DNA of 64,000 nucleotides from a virus. Its lineage: Duplodnaviria > Caudoviricetes. Shown in pieces: positions 36,905-46,511 of the stretch (the stretch's first letter is position 1; every line of letters starts with the position of its first letter). Under the pieces are notes generated by a model. That model saw nothing but the letters and a program-made list of their open reading frames with translations. It searched no databases and had not been told where the DNA came from. Location: the IMG/VR virus record IMGVR_UViG_3300013121_000019, positions 32,001 to 96,000 of that record; one strand, given 5' to 3'. The position numbers and the translations under genes are program-made.

Positions 36905-37394
36905 ACGCGGCGACGTGTTGATCCCTCTGCGTGGCTTCGACGCACTCGGCAGCGGGTGGTCCGTGGTGCACGTGCAGGTCAAGACGATGCTGAACGACAA
37001 GCACATCCTCTGCGAGGCGATTCCTCGAGGGATGTACCCGCACCGTGAGCTGTGGCTGATGCACCACGAAGTGCACTACTTGGGCAACATGCTGATGCCA
37101 CGCTACCCTATCTGGGAGCAGATGAAGCTGCCGACCATCGGATGGGATCCCGCACGAGCGCAGAAGCTAGAAGAGTTGCCCGCCACGGTGTCCCGTCCGT
37201 ACGGGGACGAGGAGGCGTTGTGCAGCTTCCTAGAGCAGTCGCCGATACCGTGGTGGGAGCCGATGCGCACGTCGGACTTCGAGGCGATGCTGCGCCTCGT
37301 AGGGCTAGTGAAAACGAAGTTGACACGACCGCACCGACTACGATCTACTGACAATCGCCAAGCAGCGAGTCGGCGCGGCGACGGTGGGCAGTAG
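36897..37394 (+). CDS. hypothetical protein
   Basis: 165 aa, overlaps the upstream stop. Confidence 0.5.
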   Translation: MARRGDVLIPLRGFDALGSGWSVVHVQVKTMLNDKHILCEAIPRGMYPHRELWLMHHEVHYLGNMLMPRYPIWEQMKLPTIGWDPARAQKLEELPATVSRPYGDEEALCSFLEQSPIPWWEPMRTSDFEAMLRLVGLVKTKLTRPHRLRSTDNRQAASRRGDGGQ

Positions 37395-37402
37395 GTGGAG
37401 GG

Positions 37403-37445
37403 CAACGGCGGCAGGTAACTGCCGCCGTTGTTCTTTCTAGCTACT
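37403..37445. terminator. terminator hairpin between convergent genes
   Basis: CAACGGCGGCAG-GTAA-CTGCCGCCGTTG then TTCTTTCTAGCTACT. Confidence 0.75.
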
Positions 37446-38559
37446 GGATCGACCGCTGCACCAGCGCACCGGCCGCCCTCTCCAGATCGAGGCGTCGGTC
37501 ATCGTCGTCGGTCTGTTTGGCGAACCAGCTCAGCAGGTTGCTTGCAGACCACGTCGAGTGCCCGTTGGGGATGATCTCGGTCTGGTCATCTTGCGACGTC
37601 CAGATCTTCTCCGCCTGCTGCATCTCACTCTTCAGTAGCTGCTTGGCCAGACGCGGGCGCAGCTCCGTCCACGTGAGATTGTCCTCGCTGGCCTTCTTGA
37701 CCATCTGGAGAAACGAGGTGATGCGCTTCTCCGAGAACAGGGCCCGCGTGACATCGACCAACGCAGACCTCGTGCCGGCCGTGTCGAGTGCGTAGGTCTT
37801 CTTAGAGAGCTCGATGTCATCCGGCAGCTTGGCGCCGAGATGGATCTTGCCGAGAGTCTCCTCGAGGGTCGCGAAGTTGGTGCACCAGAGCCGCTCGATG
37901 AACGGTCGAATGCCGGTCTTGCCGCGACCATACTCGGAGTCGTACAGCTCGATCCCGTAGATCAGCACCTCGTCGTCGGTGGGCCGCAGCACCTCCGGGT
38001 ACGCCACCTTGATGACGTAGCGGACATCGGTGATGTTGACGGCGATCGGCTGAGCACCAAGGCGCTGTACGGCTTCCTCGATGAACGCCGTCAAGATCGC
38101 GCGGGTGTCGACCGGTCGGTACGTGTCGCTGAGGAAGCCGCGGACGCTTCCGTTGGTCACGCGCAGCAGCCGACGCTGCTGCAGCTCGGCCATGTGCCAG
38201 TTGAGCTCACCGGCCGCGTGGTAGCCGAACGCCCCGCCCTTCTTCAGCAGGTTCTGGGCGTACTCGTTGAACCCGTTGATCCCGACGGTTGCGGCCATCT
38301 GGGCGAACGCGTTGCTGTGCACGCCATTGAGTCCGATCTTCGGAATCTCGACTTCTAGACCATCCTCTTTGCTGTACCTGAACTTGAGCTTCTCGGAGGA
38401 CGTCAGGACATCGGTCGGCACCTCGTTCTGGATGCGGGTCAGGGCTGTCGAGATCAGCGACTTCCCCTTGTCGATCTGCTGTTGGAACTTGTCCGCCGTA
38501 CGCTGAACAGCATTCTTGGCGGCATCCTTGTAGTTCTGGTCGGAGTGGTGGATCAGCAT
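37441..38559 (-). CDS. DUF932-like phage protein
   Basis: RGFLSDTYRP.D...DSEYG.G....PFIERLWCTN...HLG pattern; AGGAG RBS before MLIHH. Confidence 0.7.
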   Translation of the reverse strand: MLIHHSDQNYKDAAKNAVQRTADKFQQQIDKGKSLISTALTRIQNEVPTDVLTSSEKLKFRYSKEDGLEVEIPKIGLNGVHSNAFAQMAATVGINGFNEYAQNLLKKGGAFGYHAAGELNWHMAELQQRRLLRVTNGSVRGFLSDTYRPVDTRAILTAFIEEAVQRLGAQPIAVNITDVRYVIKVAYPEVLRPTDDEVLIYGIELYDSEYGRGKTGIRPFIERLWCTNFATLEETLGKIHLGAKLPDDIELSKKTYALDTAGTRSALVDVTRALFSEKRITSFLQMVKKASEDNLTWTELRPRLAKQLLKSEMQQAEKIWTSQDDQTEIIPNGHSTWSASNLLSWFAKQTDDDDRRLDLERAAGALVQRSIQ

Positions 38560-38637
38560 GGTGGTGTCTCCTAAAAGAGAGAAGCCGGAGGCCACATGGC
38601 CCCCGGCTTCAGTTACGGCGAACGGCCAGCAGGACTG

Positions 38638-39255
38638 CTACTCGGCCTCGTCCTCTTCCGGCTCCTCGACCGGCGTCGGCGCCTTGCGGACACCGGACTG
38701 CAGACGACCGAGCGTCGTCTTGGCCTCCGGGACCGGCTTGGCCTCCTCGAAATCAGCGCACACAGCACGGTACGCATCGGCCATCTTGGACGACGCCTCC
38801 TCGAGCAGAGGCATCAGCACGTGGTCGATCACGCTGAGGTCGATGTCGGCGTGGCGGCTCTTCGCCTGGGTCAGCGTGTCGATGATGCCGGCCGCGCTCG
38901 TGGCGGCGTACGTGTGGAAGCTGTGGTCGAGGCTGTACCGCACGGCCGATGGGATCGCCTGCACCTGACCGCTGAACGGCAGCGGAAGCTGCTGGCTGAC
39001 CTTGCTCGTCTTCTCTGCGGTCGGCTTGTCCGCGGCCGCCTTGGCGGTCGGCTTGTCCGCGGGCTTAGCCGGCTTCGGGTCCACGGCAGCGTCACCGGCC
39101 TCCTCACCGGGGCCCTCGAAGTGCTTGACGATCATCGCGTCGTACTTCGCCTTGGTCTTGTCGTCGAGACCAAGGCGACCGAGCGACTTGCGCGCGCCGC
39201 CGACGCCGTTGAACCCGTTGCCCTTGAGCTTCTTCTCGAACTCTTTCGCGTCCAT
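38638..39255 (-). CDS. hypothetical protein
   Basis: 205 aa; ADKPT repeats. Confidence 0.65.
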   Translation of the reverse strand: MDAKEFEKKLKGNGFNGVGGARKSLGRLGLDDKTKAKYDAMIVKHFEGPGEEAGDAAVDPKPAKPADKPTAKAAADKPTAEKTSKVSQQLPLPFSGQVQAIPSAVRYSLDHSFHTYAATSAAGIIDTLTQAKSRHADIDLSVIDHVLMPLLEEASSKMADAYRAVCADFEEAKPVPEAKTTLGRLQSGVRKAPTPVEEPEEDEAE

Positions 39256-39270
39256 TCTTTTTCTTCCTCT

Positions 39271-40236
39271 CTAGGCGATGCCTAGCTCCTTCACGAGCTT
39301 CTTCTCGGAGATCTCTCCGACGATGTACTTGAGAACCAGGTAGGTGGTCTGAACCCTGATGTTCTTGCGGGTGCGGGCGTCGAACCCCTCACCCTCGGGA
39401 TCGAACAGCTTGTAGAGCCGCTTGACGTCTCGGATGCCGGGACGCACCACCTTGCCGGTTGCGCGGGCAGCCTCCTTCTTGGTGGTCTTCTTGGGCTTCG
39501 GCCCCTTCGACTTGGCCTCCGCTTCGGCCTCCTGACGTGTGATGCCGGGGCTGACGGCCTCGAGCTCCGCCATCGACTTGACCTCGGCGATGACGGGCTC
39601 GCTCAGCATCTTCTCCAGCGCCGGGAGCTGCTTGGACGGTGCCTCGTGGCAGATCCCCCACGCGATGCTGAACGACACTCGGTTCAGCTCGACGGCGGCA
39701 CGAAGCTCCGGAACGGCAATTCGGCCAACCATCGCGTGTTGGTTGACCCAGTCGACGGGCTTGCCGGTCTTCTCGGCGATCTGCTGCGCGGTGAACCCCT
39801 TGTCCTGTAGGCGCACGATCGTGTCACACACGTCGAGCACCGGCAGCTGATGACGCAGGTCCAGGTTGCCGACGAAGTTGTCGAACTGCAGCGACGGCAC
39901 GTCCTTGAGGTCGCGCACCACGCAGTTGAGCATGAACGAGGGGCTGATCGACATCGCGGCCGCGCGACGACGGAATCCCTCGATGATGTAGTAGCGGGTC
40001 CAGCGAGCTTCGCCGTTCAGGCCCTTGAGGGGCTGCGCCCCGCCGGGCAGCTTCTTCGAGACCACGATCAGCGGCTCGACCTGACCGGACTTGAGCGACT
40101 TGGCCAGCTCTTCGATGCCCTTGAGCTGGCTTCGGCTGTTCTTGAACTCGTCGGACGGTAGGTCCTCGAGCCAGCCGGCCGGCAGCTGCTGCACGGTGGC
40201 ACGAGAAACCTTGACGGTATCGATGTTGGTGGACAT
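39271..40236 (-). CDS. ParB/Srx N-terminal domain protein
   Basis: IEELAKSLKSGQVEPLIV...YIIEGFRRRAAA (ParB box); HTH-like FTAQQIAEKTGKPVDWV. Confidence 0.8.
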   Translation of the reverse strand: MSTNIDTVKVSRATVQQLPAGWLEDLPSDEFKNSRSQLKGIEELAKSLKSGQVEPLIVVSKKLPGGAQPLKGLNGEARWTRYYIIEGFRRRAAAMSISPSFMLNCVVRDLKDVPSLQFDNFVGNLDLRHQLPVLDVCDTIVRLQDKGFTAQQIAEKTGKPVDWVNQHAMVGRIAVPELRAAVELNRVSFSIAWGICHEAPSKQLPALEKMLSEPVIAEVKSMAELEAVSPGITRQEAEAEAKSKGPKPKKTTKKEAARATGKVVRPGIRDVKRLYKLFDPEGEGFDARTRKNIRVQTTYLVLKYIVGEISEKKLVKELGIA

Positions 40237-40330
40237 GGGGTGGTTCTCCTTGATCCGGTGGAGGATCTAGTTGTTCATGCCGCAAATCTTCTAAAGATGG
40301 AAGAGAAGATCGACAGCATGACGATGTTTG

Positions 40331-40870
40331 TCAGGTCGGCATGCCGGTCTCGGGGTACTTGACCCAGTCGCGCTTACCGACCTCGTTCCAGGTGTCCTGC
40401 GCGATCTCCTGTAGCGACCAGCCACGAGACGCACAGAAGTCTGCCAGTGCCTCGAACATGTGGACCAAGTGGCAGCGAACTGTTATGGGGTCGGCACCGT
40501 TTGCTACAGCGTCTAGCGCCGTCGCGGCGAATAGCGCGATCTTTGACAACGGTGTTGTGTATACACTTTGGCGCGAACTCTGTAGATCGTAGAAGGAGCT
40601 ACAACGAAGCGCGAAACCTAGCTCGATGTCCAGTAGCGAGGCGGTACCGAGCCCGTAGATCACGAGGTCACCGATGGCGTCCTTGGCCTTCGCATCGTGC
40701 TGTTCCGGTGTGCCTCGGATGCCCTGTTCCTTCTTGAGCATGGCATGGCACAGCTCACCGGATTCCTCCACGAGCCCCATCAGATGATGCCGCAAGCCGT
40801 TGGGCTTGTTGCCGAAGTTGTACGTGCACCAGCTGTTGTGCTGGCTCTGCAAATCGGTAATGCTGATCAT
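40331..40870 (-). CDS. MazG-like nucleotide pyrophosphohydrolase
   Basis: GLVEESGELC...DAIGDLVIY; W.EV.KRDW tail. Confidence 0.8.
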   Translation of the reverse strand: MISITDLQSQHNSWCTYNFGNKPNGLRHHLMGLVEESGELCHAMLKKEQGIRGTPEQHDAKAKDAIGDLVIYGLGTASLLDIELGFALRCSSFYDLQSSRQSVYTTPLSKIALFAATALDAVANGADPITVRCHLVHMFEALADFCASRGWSLQEIAQDTWNEVGKRDWVKYPETGMPT

Positions 40871-40872
40871 CG

Positions 40873-41430
40873 CTACCTCAGTTCGCTGGGGCCAACACCA
40901 TGCCCGGCCGGCGCCGGATCATCGTGCAGCACTTGAGTTTGGTCAATTGCACGAGAGCCGAGGATGCGATCTGCGTCCTCCTCGGTGTAGACGATCACGG
41001 GACCAGAAGATGTTTGCGCGATCAGCTGAACGCGCGCATCGTGGGCCGCCTGGATGATGCGAGTGTCGCGGTAGAACTCCTCGAACACAACCGTCGTGAT
41101 GCCGGCGTTGACGATGAGTTTGAAGCACGGCCAACACGGGCTGGCTGTACAGTAGATCGTACTGTTCCGCGTTGCATGGCCATTGCGGGCAGCTTGCGCG
41201 ATCGCGTTGACCTCCGCATGGACGGTGCGGACGCAGTGTCCGTTCTCCATCATGCAGCCAACCCCTTGGTCGTCACAGTGCGCTGTTCCGGGAAGGCTAC
41301 CGTTGTAACCGGTCGAAATGATGGTTCTGTCGATGACGATCACGGCTCCGACCTTCTTGCGAAGGCAGGTAGCGCGTGTCGACACCGTGGAAGCCATCGA
41401 CAAGAAGTAATCGTGCCAGCTAGCTCTCAT
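40873..41430 (-). CDS. dCMP deaminase
   Basis: RATC.RKKVGAVIV...GYNG; HAEVNAI and PCWPC zinc motifs. Confidence 0.9.
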   Translation of the reverse strand: MRASWHDYFLSMASTVSTRATCLRKKVGAVIVIDRTIISTGYNGSLPGTAHCDDQGVGCMMENGHCVRTVHAEVNAIAQAARNGHATRNSTIYCTASPCWPCFKLIVNAGITTVVFEEFYRDTRIIQAAHDARVQLIAQTSSGPVIVYTEEDADRILGSRAIDQTQVLHDDPAPAGHGVGPSELR

Positions 41431-42479
41431 GCTGCTCCTGGACGTGTCAACGCCTGCAGGCGCTGAACGGTGTGATGGTCGAACAGGCCGTTGATGGTCA
41501 TGCGCTGCTGAGACTGGAACGTCATGATCGCGTCGGTGGTCTTACGGCCAACAACGCCGTCTGCACCCGCTGGCCCGAGGTCGAAGCCCAGCACCAACAG
41601 CATCTCCTGAAGCCGCACGATGGATGGCGTGTGCGCGGGGACGCGTAGCTCTGCGGCGAAGTCAGGAAGGTCCACGCCGTAGCAGCGTTCCAACACCGGA
41701 CGGATCTTGTTGTAGCGATCCGGGTAGATGGCGATTCCCGAATGGAATGTGAGCCTACGTAGCACGTCCACAAGGAAGCCGGGCTCAGTGGGCTGATAGC
41801 CGGTGGCCATCAGCGAGCGTTGCGCGATCGTCGGATTGTTGGCTGCGAAGCTGACGTAGGCGGCACGTGCCGCCTGCAGCTCCGGCGTCTCGCTGAGCTC
41901 ATCGCTGAACAGCATCTTCTTGGCTGCTGGCATCACGAAGCCCATCAGATGATCGACGGTGAACAGCTTCTGCGCCGCAAGTGCCCGCGGATGTTGCAGA
42001 TCGGTAGCGATGGCGGCGGCCCACTGTCTGGCGGTCTGCCGCTGCACGCTGTCCCAGGCGTCCGTGCGACCGGAAGAGCCCCCAAGGAATAGCTGCTGCT
42101 GCTCCTTGATGGTATCGACGACGAGTTCACCCAGACGAAATCTCCACTTGTCGCTGTCGACCAGCTCGAAGGTGCACCCATTGCGCCGGCACTCCGCCTT
42201 GAACCTGTCCATGGGTGCCCCGGCTTTGCGACACGCTCCGAGCAGCTGGCTGGCCATGAACTGCCCTGCCTCGGCGAACTGGATCAGTCCGATCGACAGG
42301 ATCATGCGATCGTACATGTTGATCGCGTCGTACCGTCCGCCCTCGGTTGCCGTGACGACCGCCAGGATCTTCTCATCCTCGGTCGGATCATCCGGTAGCT
42401 CGAACGAAATGGTGCCGGAGTACCACGGCCCGGAGAACTCACGGTAGCTACCCCACCTGATGTTGACTGAGTCGGTCAT
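41427..42479 (-). CDS. lysozyme-like cell-wall hydrolase with C-terminal peptidoglycan-binding domain
   Basis: TEGG.YDAINMYD...SIGLIQF catalytic-like region; LQEML..LGFD.G..GADGVVG.KT..AI..FQ......NG PG_binding_1 pattern. Confidence 0.8.
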   Translation of the reverse strand: MTDSVNIRWGSYREFSGPWYSGTISFELPDDPTEDEKILAVVTATEGGRYDAINMYDRMILSIGLIQFAEAGQFMASQLLGACRKAGAPMDRFKAECRRNGCTFELVDSDKWRFRLGELVVDTIKEQQQLFLGGSSGRTDAWDSVQRQTARQWAAAIATDLQHPRALAAQKLFTVDHLMGFVMPAAKKMLFSDELSETPELQAARAAYVSFAANNPTIAQRSLMATGYQPTEPGFLVDVLRRLTFHSGIAIYPDRYNKIRPVLERCYGVDLPDFAAELRVPAHTPSIVRLQEMLLVLGFDLGPAGADGVVGRKTTDAIMTFQSQQRMTINGLFDHHTVQRLQALTRPGAA

Positions 42480-42976
42480 CGGTTGCCTGCCCTCTGTGAA
42501 CGCGCTCGAAGCCGTTCGATGTCCTCTTTCGATAGTTCCTTGTACCGGTTCCACGATGAAGTCGACGCCGGATCCGTGATGCTCTTGTTTGCGAGCAGCG
42601 TCTTACGAAGCTCGCGGTACCAAGCCTCCCCGACGTTGCTCGGTACCTCCCTGGTCTCCATCGCCCAACGGGCCATCGGACCATCAGGCCACAAGCCGAT
42701 CGTGACCGCATTGAAGTAGAGCTCAGCCTGCTCGCCAACGTTGTGGCAGAAGTTGACCTCACGGCGACTGAGGGTCGCACAGCCTACCACTGCGTTGTCG
42801 ATGACGAACCACAGCTTGTCGCCGGGCTTGGCTCCCTCGTACTCATCTTCGCTGGCTGGTACGAACAGATCCGTTTCCGTCGTCTCTACACCTAGCTTGT
42901 AGCAGTACAGCCAACGACCCGCCGGACCGTCCGGCGAACGCCCGTCACTGCGAAGTGAGTACGCCCAGTGCTTCAT
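42476..42976 (-). CDS. hypothetical protein (PUA/ASCH-like)
   Basis: AKPGDKLWFV...VVGCATL pattern; GGAGG RBS. Confidence 0.5.
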   Translation of the reverse strand: MKHWAYSLRSDGRSPDGPAGRWLYCYKLGVETTETDLFVPASEDEYEGAKPGDKLWFVIDNAVVGCATLSRREVNFCHNVGEQAELYFNAVTIGLWPDGPMARWAMETREVPSNVGEAWYRELRKTLLANKSITDPASTSSWNRYKELSKEDIERLRARSQRAGNR

Positions 42977-43494
42977 GCGTCCTCCGTAGGGCCCGCTTGG
43001 CAACAGCCCTGACTTTGCGTTGTCGTCGATTCTTCGTCTTTGACCACGCGTGCCTCTGAGACCTGGACATCAGCATGGTGTCCTTCCAGTGCTGGCAGCG
43101 CATGCCGTGCCTGGTCTTTTCTGAACGACTCATCGGGGCTCTCGAGTGCAAGGGTTGTAGCTCTGTCGAGCAACCGCTTCAGTAGCGGTTGCAGTTCATT
43201 CTGGCTCCGCGCCGACATGACTTCGTTGATCTCGTCGACGGGCCATCTCTCTGGAAACGTGACCTGCACCAGGTGCATGGTTGGTGCGCCTTGTGCACGC
43301 CACTGTGCACGGCGTTCCCTCATCGTCTCGTCTACGACTTCTTTGACACCGTGCGCAACCATGCTGAAGGTGCCGCTGTCAAAGACAATAGAGACCTGGG
43401 TGCCCGTGCCCAGTACGTGGGCATGGGCGCCTGTGAGGCCCCAGAGCACGTAAAGTCCTCCTTGTTGCAGCTCGTACTTGCAGCTGACGATCAT
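42973..43494 (-). CDS. hypothetical protein
   Basis: Probable ATG 43494. Confidence 0.5.
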   Translation of the reverse strand: MIVSCKYELQQGGLYVLWGLTGAHAHVLGTGTQVSIVFDSGTFSMVAHGVKEVVDETMRERRAQWRAQGAPTMHLVQVTFPERWPVDEINEVMSARSQNELQPLLKRLLDRATTLALESPDESFRKDQARHALPALEGHHADVQVSEARVVKDEESTTTQSQGCCQAGPTEDA

Positions 43495-43657
43495 GGTACC
43501 CGCACATGCCCGTTGCATCGACGAAGATGCCGCTCCGTTCGCCATACGCGAAAACGAAGCACCGTGCGTCGAAGCGCGTGCAGTACCGCCACCAGCGCAT
43601 CGTACCCGTGCGCGACGACAACCTGCATGGCCTGTAGCTCATCTGCGCAGAAGTGGA

Positions 43658-44119
43658 TCATCGAAAGAACTCCATGTAGAGGTTGACAGGATGAACCTGC
43701 AGCCCGAGAAGGTTTCCCTGGTAGTACGAGAACGTCACAGTGGCGGGCGTGCCTGGAGCCATGCCGAAGCCGTTGCACCAGGCCCTGTACGGGTCGTGGT
43801 TCAGCTCGGGATCGAACTTCGGCCTCCACATGACGGTGAACTCACACGTCAAGACATCCTTACCACGAGTCAGGTGCAGTACGAAGGCTTGACGATGCGA
43901 GTGGCGCTGCACGGACAGTTTTGTGTCCGAAGCCCCTGACCAGTTACCAAGCAGCGTCTCGGTCGATGTTGTTGCCGGTACCGCGGAGCTGCCGATCATC
44001 GGCACACGGCAGGTCGGCGCAGGCGGTGCCGACGTCACTGAGCTAGGTCGCCGCAACTGGTAGAAGACGGCGCAACCCGCAATGAACGCAGAGATCCAGA
44101 TACTACTGCGTACTTTCAC
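43658..44119 (-). CDS. membrane-anchored or secreted protein
   Basis: AGGAGG RBS; hydrophobic N-terminus, Pro/Thr linker. Confidence 0.6.
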   Translation of the reverse strand: MKVRSSIWISAFIAGCAVFYQLRRPSSVTSAPPAPTCRVPMIGSSAVPATTSTETLLGNWSGASDTKLSVQRHSHRQAFVLHLTRGKDVLTCEFTVMWRPKFDPELNHDPYRAWCNGFGMAPGTPATVTFSYYQGNLLGLQVHPVNLYMEFFR

Positions 44120-44162
44120 GTTCCCTCCTATGCTGAGAGTTCAGCTGGTTGTCTTCGGACTG

Positions 44163-44171
44163 CTTATACCG
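44163..44171 (-). promoter_or_regulatory. putative phage promoter CGGTATAAG
   Basis: Recurring motif upstream of the 44119 gene. Confidence 0.55.
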
Positions 44172-44178
44172 TGATTAG

Positions 44179-44217
44179 TAGCTAAATGGCATCCGCCCCC
44201 TTTCGGGGGCGGGTACC
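44179..44217 (-). terminator. terminator hairpin
   Basis: CCGCCCCC-GAAA-GGGGGCGG followed by ATTTAGCTACT on the minus strand. Confidence 0.7.
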
Positions 44218-44219
44218 TA

Positions 44220-44605
44220 TCACGTTGAACGTGCAGATAAGCGTAAGCTACCAGTGAAGGTTGGAAGCAGGACCTCGAGACCTGTGACCAAGTAAACTGC
44301 CCTCGGCCGGGTGGAGACTGCGGTGTGGAGCACACTGCTCCGCATCGTAGTGGGCATCCGGTAACCCTTCGCGTAACGACTCCTGGGATGGGAGTCGTAA
44401 CTGTTGCGTACGTTCGGCGGGCACTTAACCGACGCGATCAACAGCTTAGTTGAAGCAACGAACCACAGACAGAAACCGAAACTACCTCCTTTGCTGGCGC
44501 ATCGACGTCATTGTCATGCGCACGCTACACGCCCTACCGCAGGTTCCCTTGCGCTACTGTGGGCGGAGTAGAAGACGAGGATGGTCGGCAACACCCTCTT
44601 CTTGA
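44220..44605. ncRNA. candidate structured non-coding RNA
   Basis: ~400 nt with no convincing ORF, at least six stem-loops, bracketed by a promoter-like motif and a terminator. Confidence 0.5.
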
Positions 44606-44626
44606 TTCTTATACCTTGATTGTCCG

Positions 44627-45079
44627 CTACTTGGACAATTCAAGGTTCGTCATGTACTCGGCGATCGGGACCTTCTGATCTGGCACCGTGATGATGGCCT
44701 CTTGACTGAAGTAGTCGAACTCGTACGAGGCATCGTCACCAGCCTTCTCCACTTCTCTGCGGATCCGCCTCGAGCCGGCGTCGGTTACGTTGATCGTGAG
44801 ACCGTGGCCAACGCGCACAGCTACACGAAACCGCTTCACCTCGCGGCGTGTAACGACAACGATCTCCTCAGGATTAGTGATGGTCCGATGGGGCTTGTCG
44901 GCGGCACGCCACGTCGGCTTGGTCGCGGGCTCTCCATCCTCGCGTTTGGCTGGTGTGGACCACGAGAGCTCTGGATGTGACAGATCGATGGACTTCCAGA
45001 CCGCTACGCCGCCACGGTAGCCGAGCCAGTCCCACATACGCTCTGCATCTTCTGGACGGCACTCGTGTAGCTCAACCAC
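44627..45079 (-). CDS. hypothetical protein
   Basis: 150 aa, protein-like. Confidence 0.6.
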   Translation of the reverse strand: MVELHECRPEDAERMWDWLGYRGGVAVWKSIDLSHPELSWSTPAKREDGEPATKPTWRAADKPHRTITNPEEIVVVTRREVKRFRVAVRVGHGLTINVTDAGSRRIRREVEKAGDDASYEFDYFSQEAIITVPDQKVPIAEYMTNLELSK

Positions 45080-45824
45080 CTTCTTTGTCCTTCTTCGGCA
45101 CCGTGATCGGATAGCTGGCGTGTGCTTCGAGTACCTTATGCAACGGTGGATCCTGCCTGGGCTTCTGCAGGAAGTCCCACAGTTGGTGCGGCCTCTCTTC
45201 GGGTACCTTCAGTGAGTGCACCTTGACGGAGTCCCGCAGTGACGGCTCCACTGCAAGAGCCTGTTGAGCCGTCTCTGAAAACTGCAATTGGTTTAGCCGA
45301 TCTACGGATGCAACCATGGCCTCCTGCGACTTCAACGCAGCGGGCATCGCAGCGTTACGGCTCTTGATGACGGTAACCGTCTTGCTGACCCAGTCACACG
45401 TAGTGAACCAATCGGCAGAAGTAGCCGTCACCACCACGGCCCCACCACCGAAAGCGTCGAGCAGCGGCGTGCTGCACGTGGTGGCCCACTCGACCGCGAA
45501 GATACCATCGGGCTTGAACTTGCGAAAGAAGCCCTGGACGATCGTCACCAGATTGTTGAGATCGGCCTGGTCTTCGCAGTACACCCATAGGTGCTGACGA
45601 TCGTCCTCGATCAACCATTCGAAGCCAGGCCATCCAAACTCCGTGACGAAGTCGTCTTCGAGCTGCAGGCCGAGCTCGCGCATCAGGTGGACGAAGACCG
45701 TCGGGTCCTCATCCTCGTCGCGGTCAGCCAGCACCTGCGCGAGCCAATCGGCCTGACGGCTGAACTCGTCGGGGTCTTCCGCCATCGGCAGCGCGGCCGA
45801 CCAGTGGTCGTACGAATCACTCAT
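45072..45824 (-). CDS. hypothetical protein
   Basis: 250 aa; WATTCS....DAFGGGAVVVT. Confidence 0.65.
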   Translation of the reverse strand: MSDSYDHWSAALPMAEDPDEFSRQADWLAQVLADRDEDEDPTVFVHLMRELGLQLEDDFVTEFGWPGFEWLIEDDRQHLWVYCEDQADLNNLVTIVQGFFRKFKPDGIFAVEWATTCSTPLLDAFGGGAVVVTATSADWFTTCDWVSKTVTVIKSRNAAMPAALKSQEAMVASVDRLNQLQFSETAQQALAVEPSLRDSVKVHSLKVPEERPHQLWDFLQKPRQDPPLHKVLEAHASYPITVPKKDKEGG

Positions 45825-46031
45825 CTTCGTTCTCCTCCAGCCCGTCGCGCAGCTCGATCACCGGAAGATCCGGCTTGCTGTTGAACAGAACGGCGCAGCT
45901 ATCGCCAATGAGCGAAGTCAGATGTGCCAGGTCGTCGACCTCGACCGTCCACCCCTGTAGCTCCTTGTCGAACACGGCCGCAGGGTGTGGCTGCTCCATG
46001 AAGTTGAAGAATCGGTGGTAGATCTGGAACT

Positions 46032-46508
46032 TCACAGGGACTTCCTTAGAGTGGCCAGCTCATCGGCCATCTTGCGAAGTTGCTGCTCCAGCGCGTCGAG
46101 CCTGGCGATCTGCTCCTTGGTCGTCAGCCGGTCGGCGGCAGGCTTCTTCAGCGAAAGCTCCAGCTGTGCCGTCGGGAGCTTGATACGTCGGATCTCCGGG
46201 CACCGGTCGATCGCCTCGGCGCGGGCCGCGTCCCTTGCCTTCTTCTGGCCGCTCGGCAGCATCTCCCTGTAGACCTGCACGATATTTTCTGCGGATTGCT
46301 TGCTGACGAGCTTGTTGCGCTTCAGCAGCACGTAGTCCGCCTTGACGCTACGTCCCTTCTTGTCGCCCTCTTCGTAGAAGAGGTTGTGCAGGATCACGTC
46401 GCCGTTGAGTCTAGTCGACTTCACCACACCAATGATGAGGTCACCATTCTTGTTGCCATCGACCTTGACGGCCCAGTACTGTCCTTTGCGAATCGGGGAT
46501 ACCGGCAT
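46032..46508 (-). CDS. hypothetical protein
   Basis: 158 aa. Confidence 0.6.
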   Translation of the reverse strand: MPVSPIRKGQYWAVKVDGNKNGDLIIGVVKSTRLNGDVILHNLFYEEGDKKGRSVKADYVLLKRNKLVSKQSAENIVQVYREMLPSGQKKARDAARAEAIDRCPEIRRIKLPTAQLELSLKKPAADRLTTKEQIARLDALEQQLRKMADELATLRKSL

Positions 46509-46511
46509 AGC

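Noticed and set aside
44220-44605. tmRNA, RNase P RNA or tRNA identity for the structured region
   Set aside because: No tRNA-like ends, T-loop/CCA or RNase P conserved motifs recognisable on either strand.
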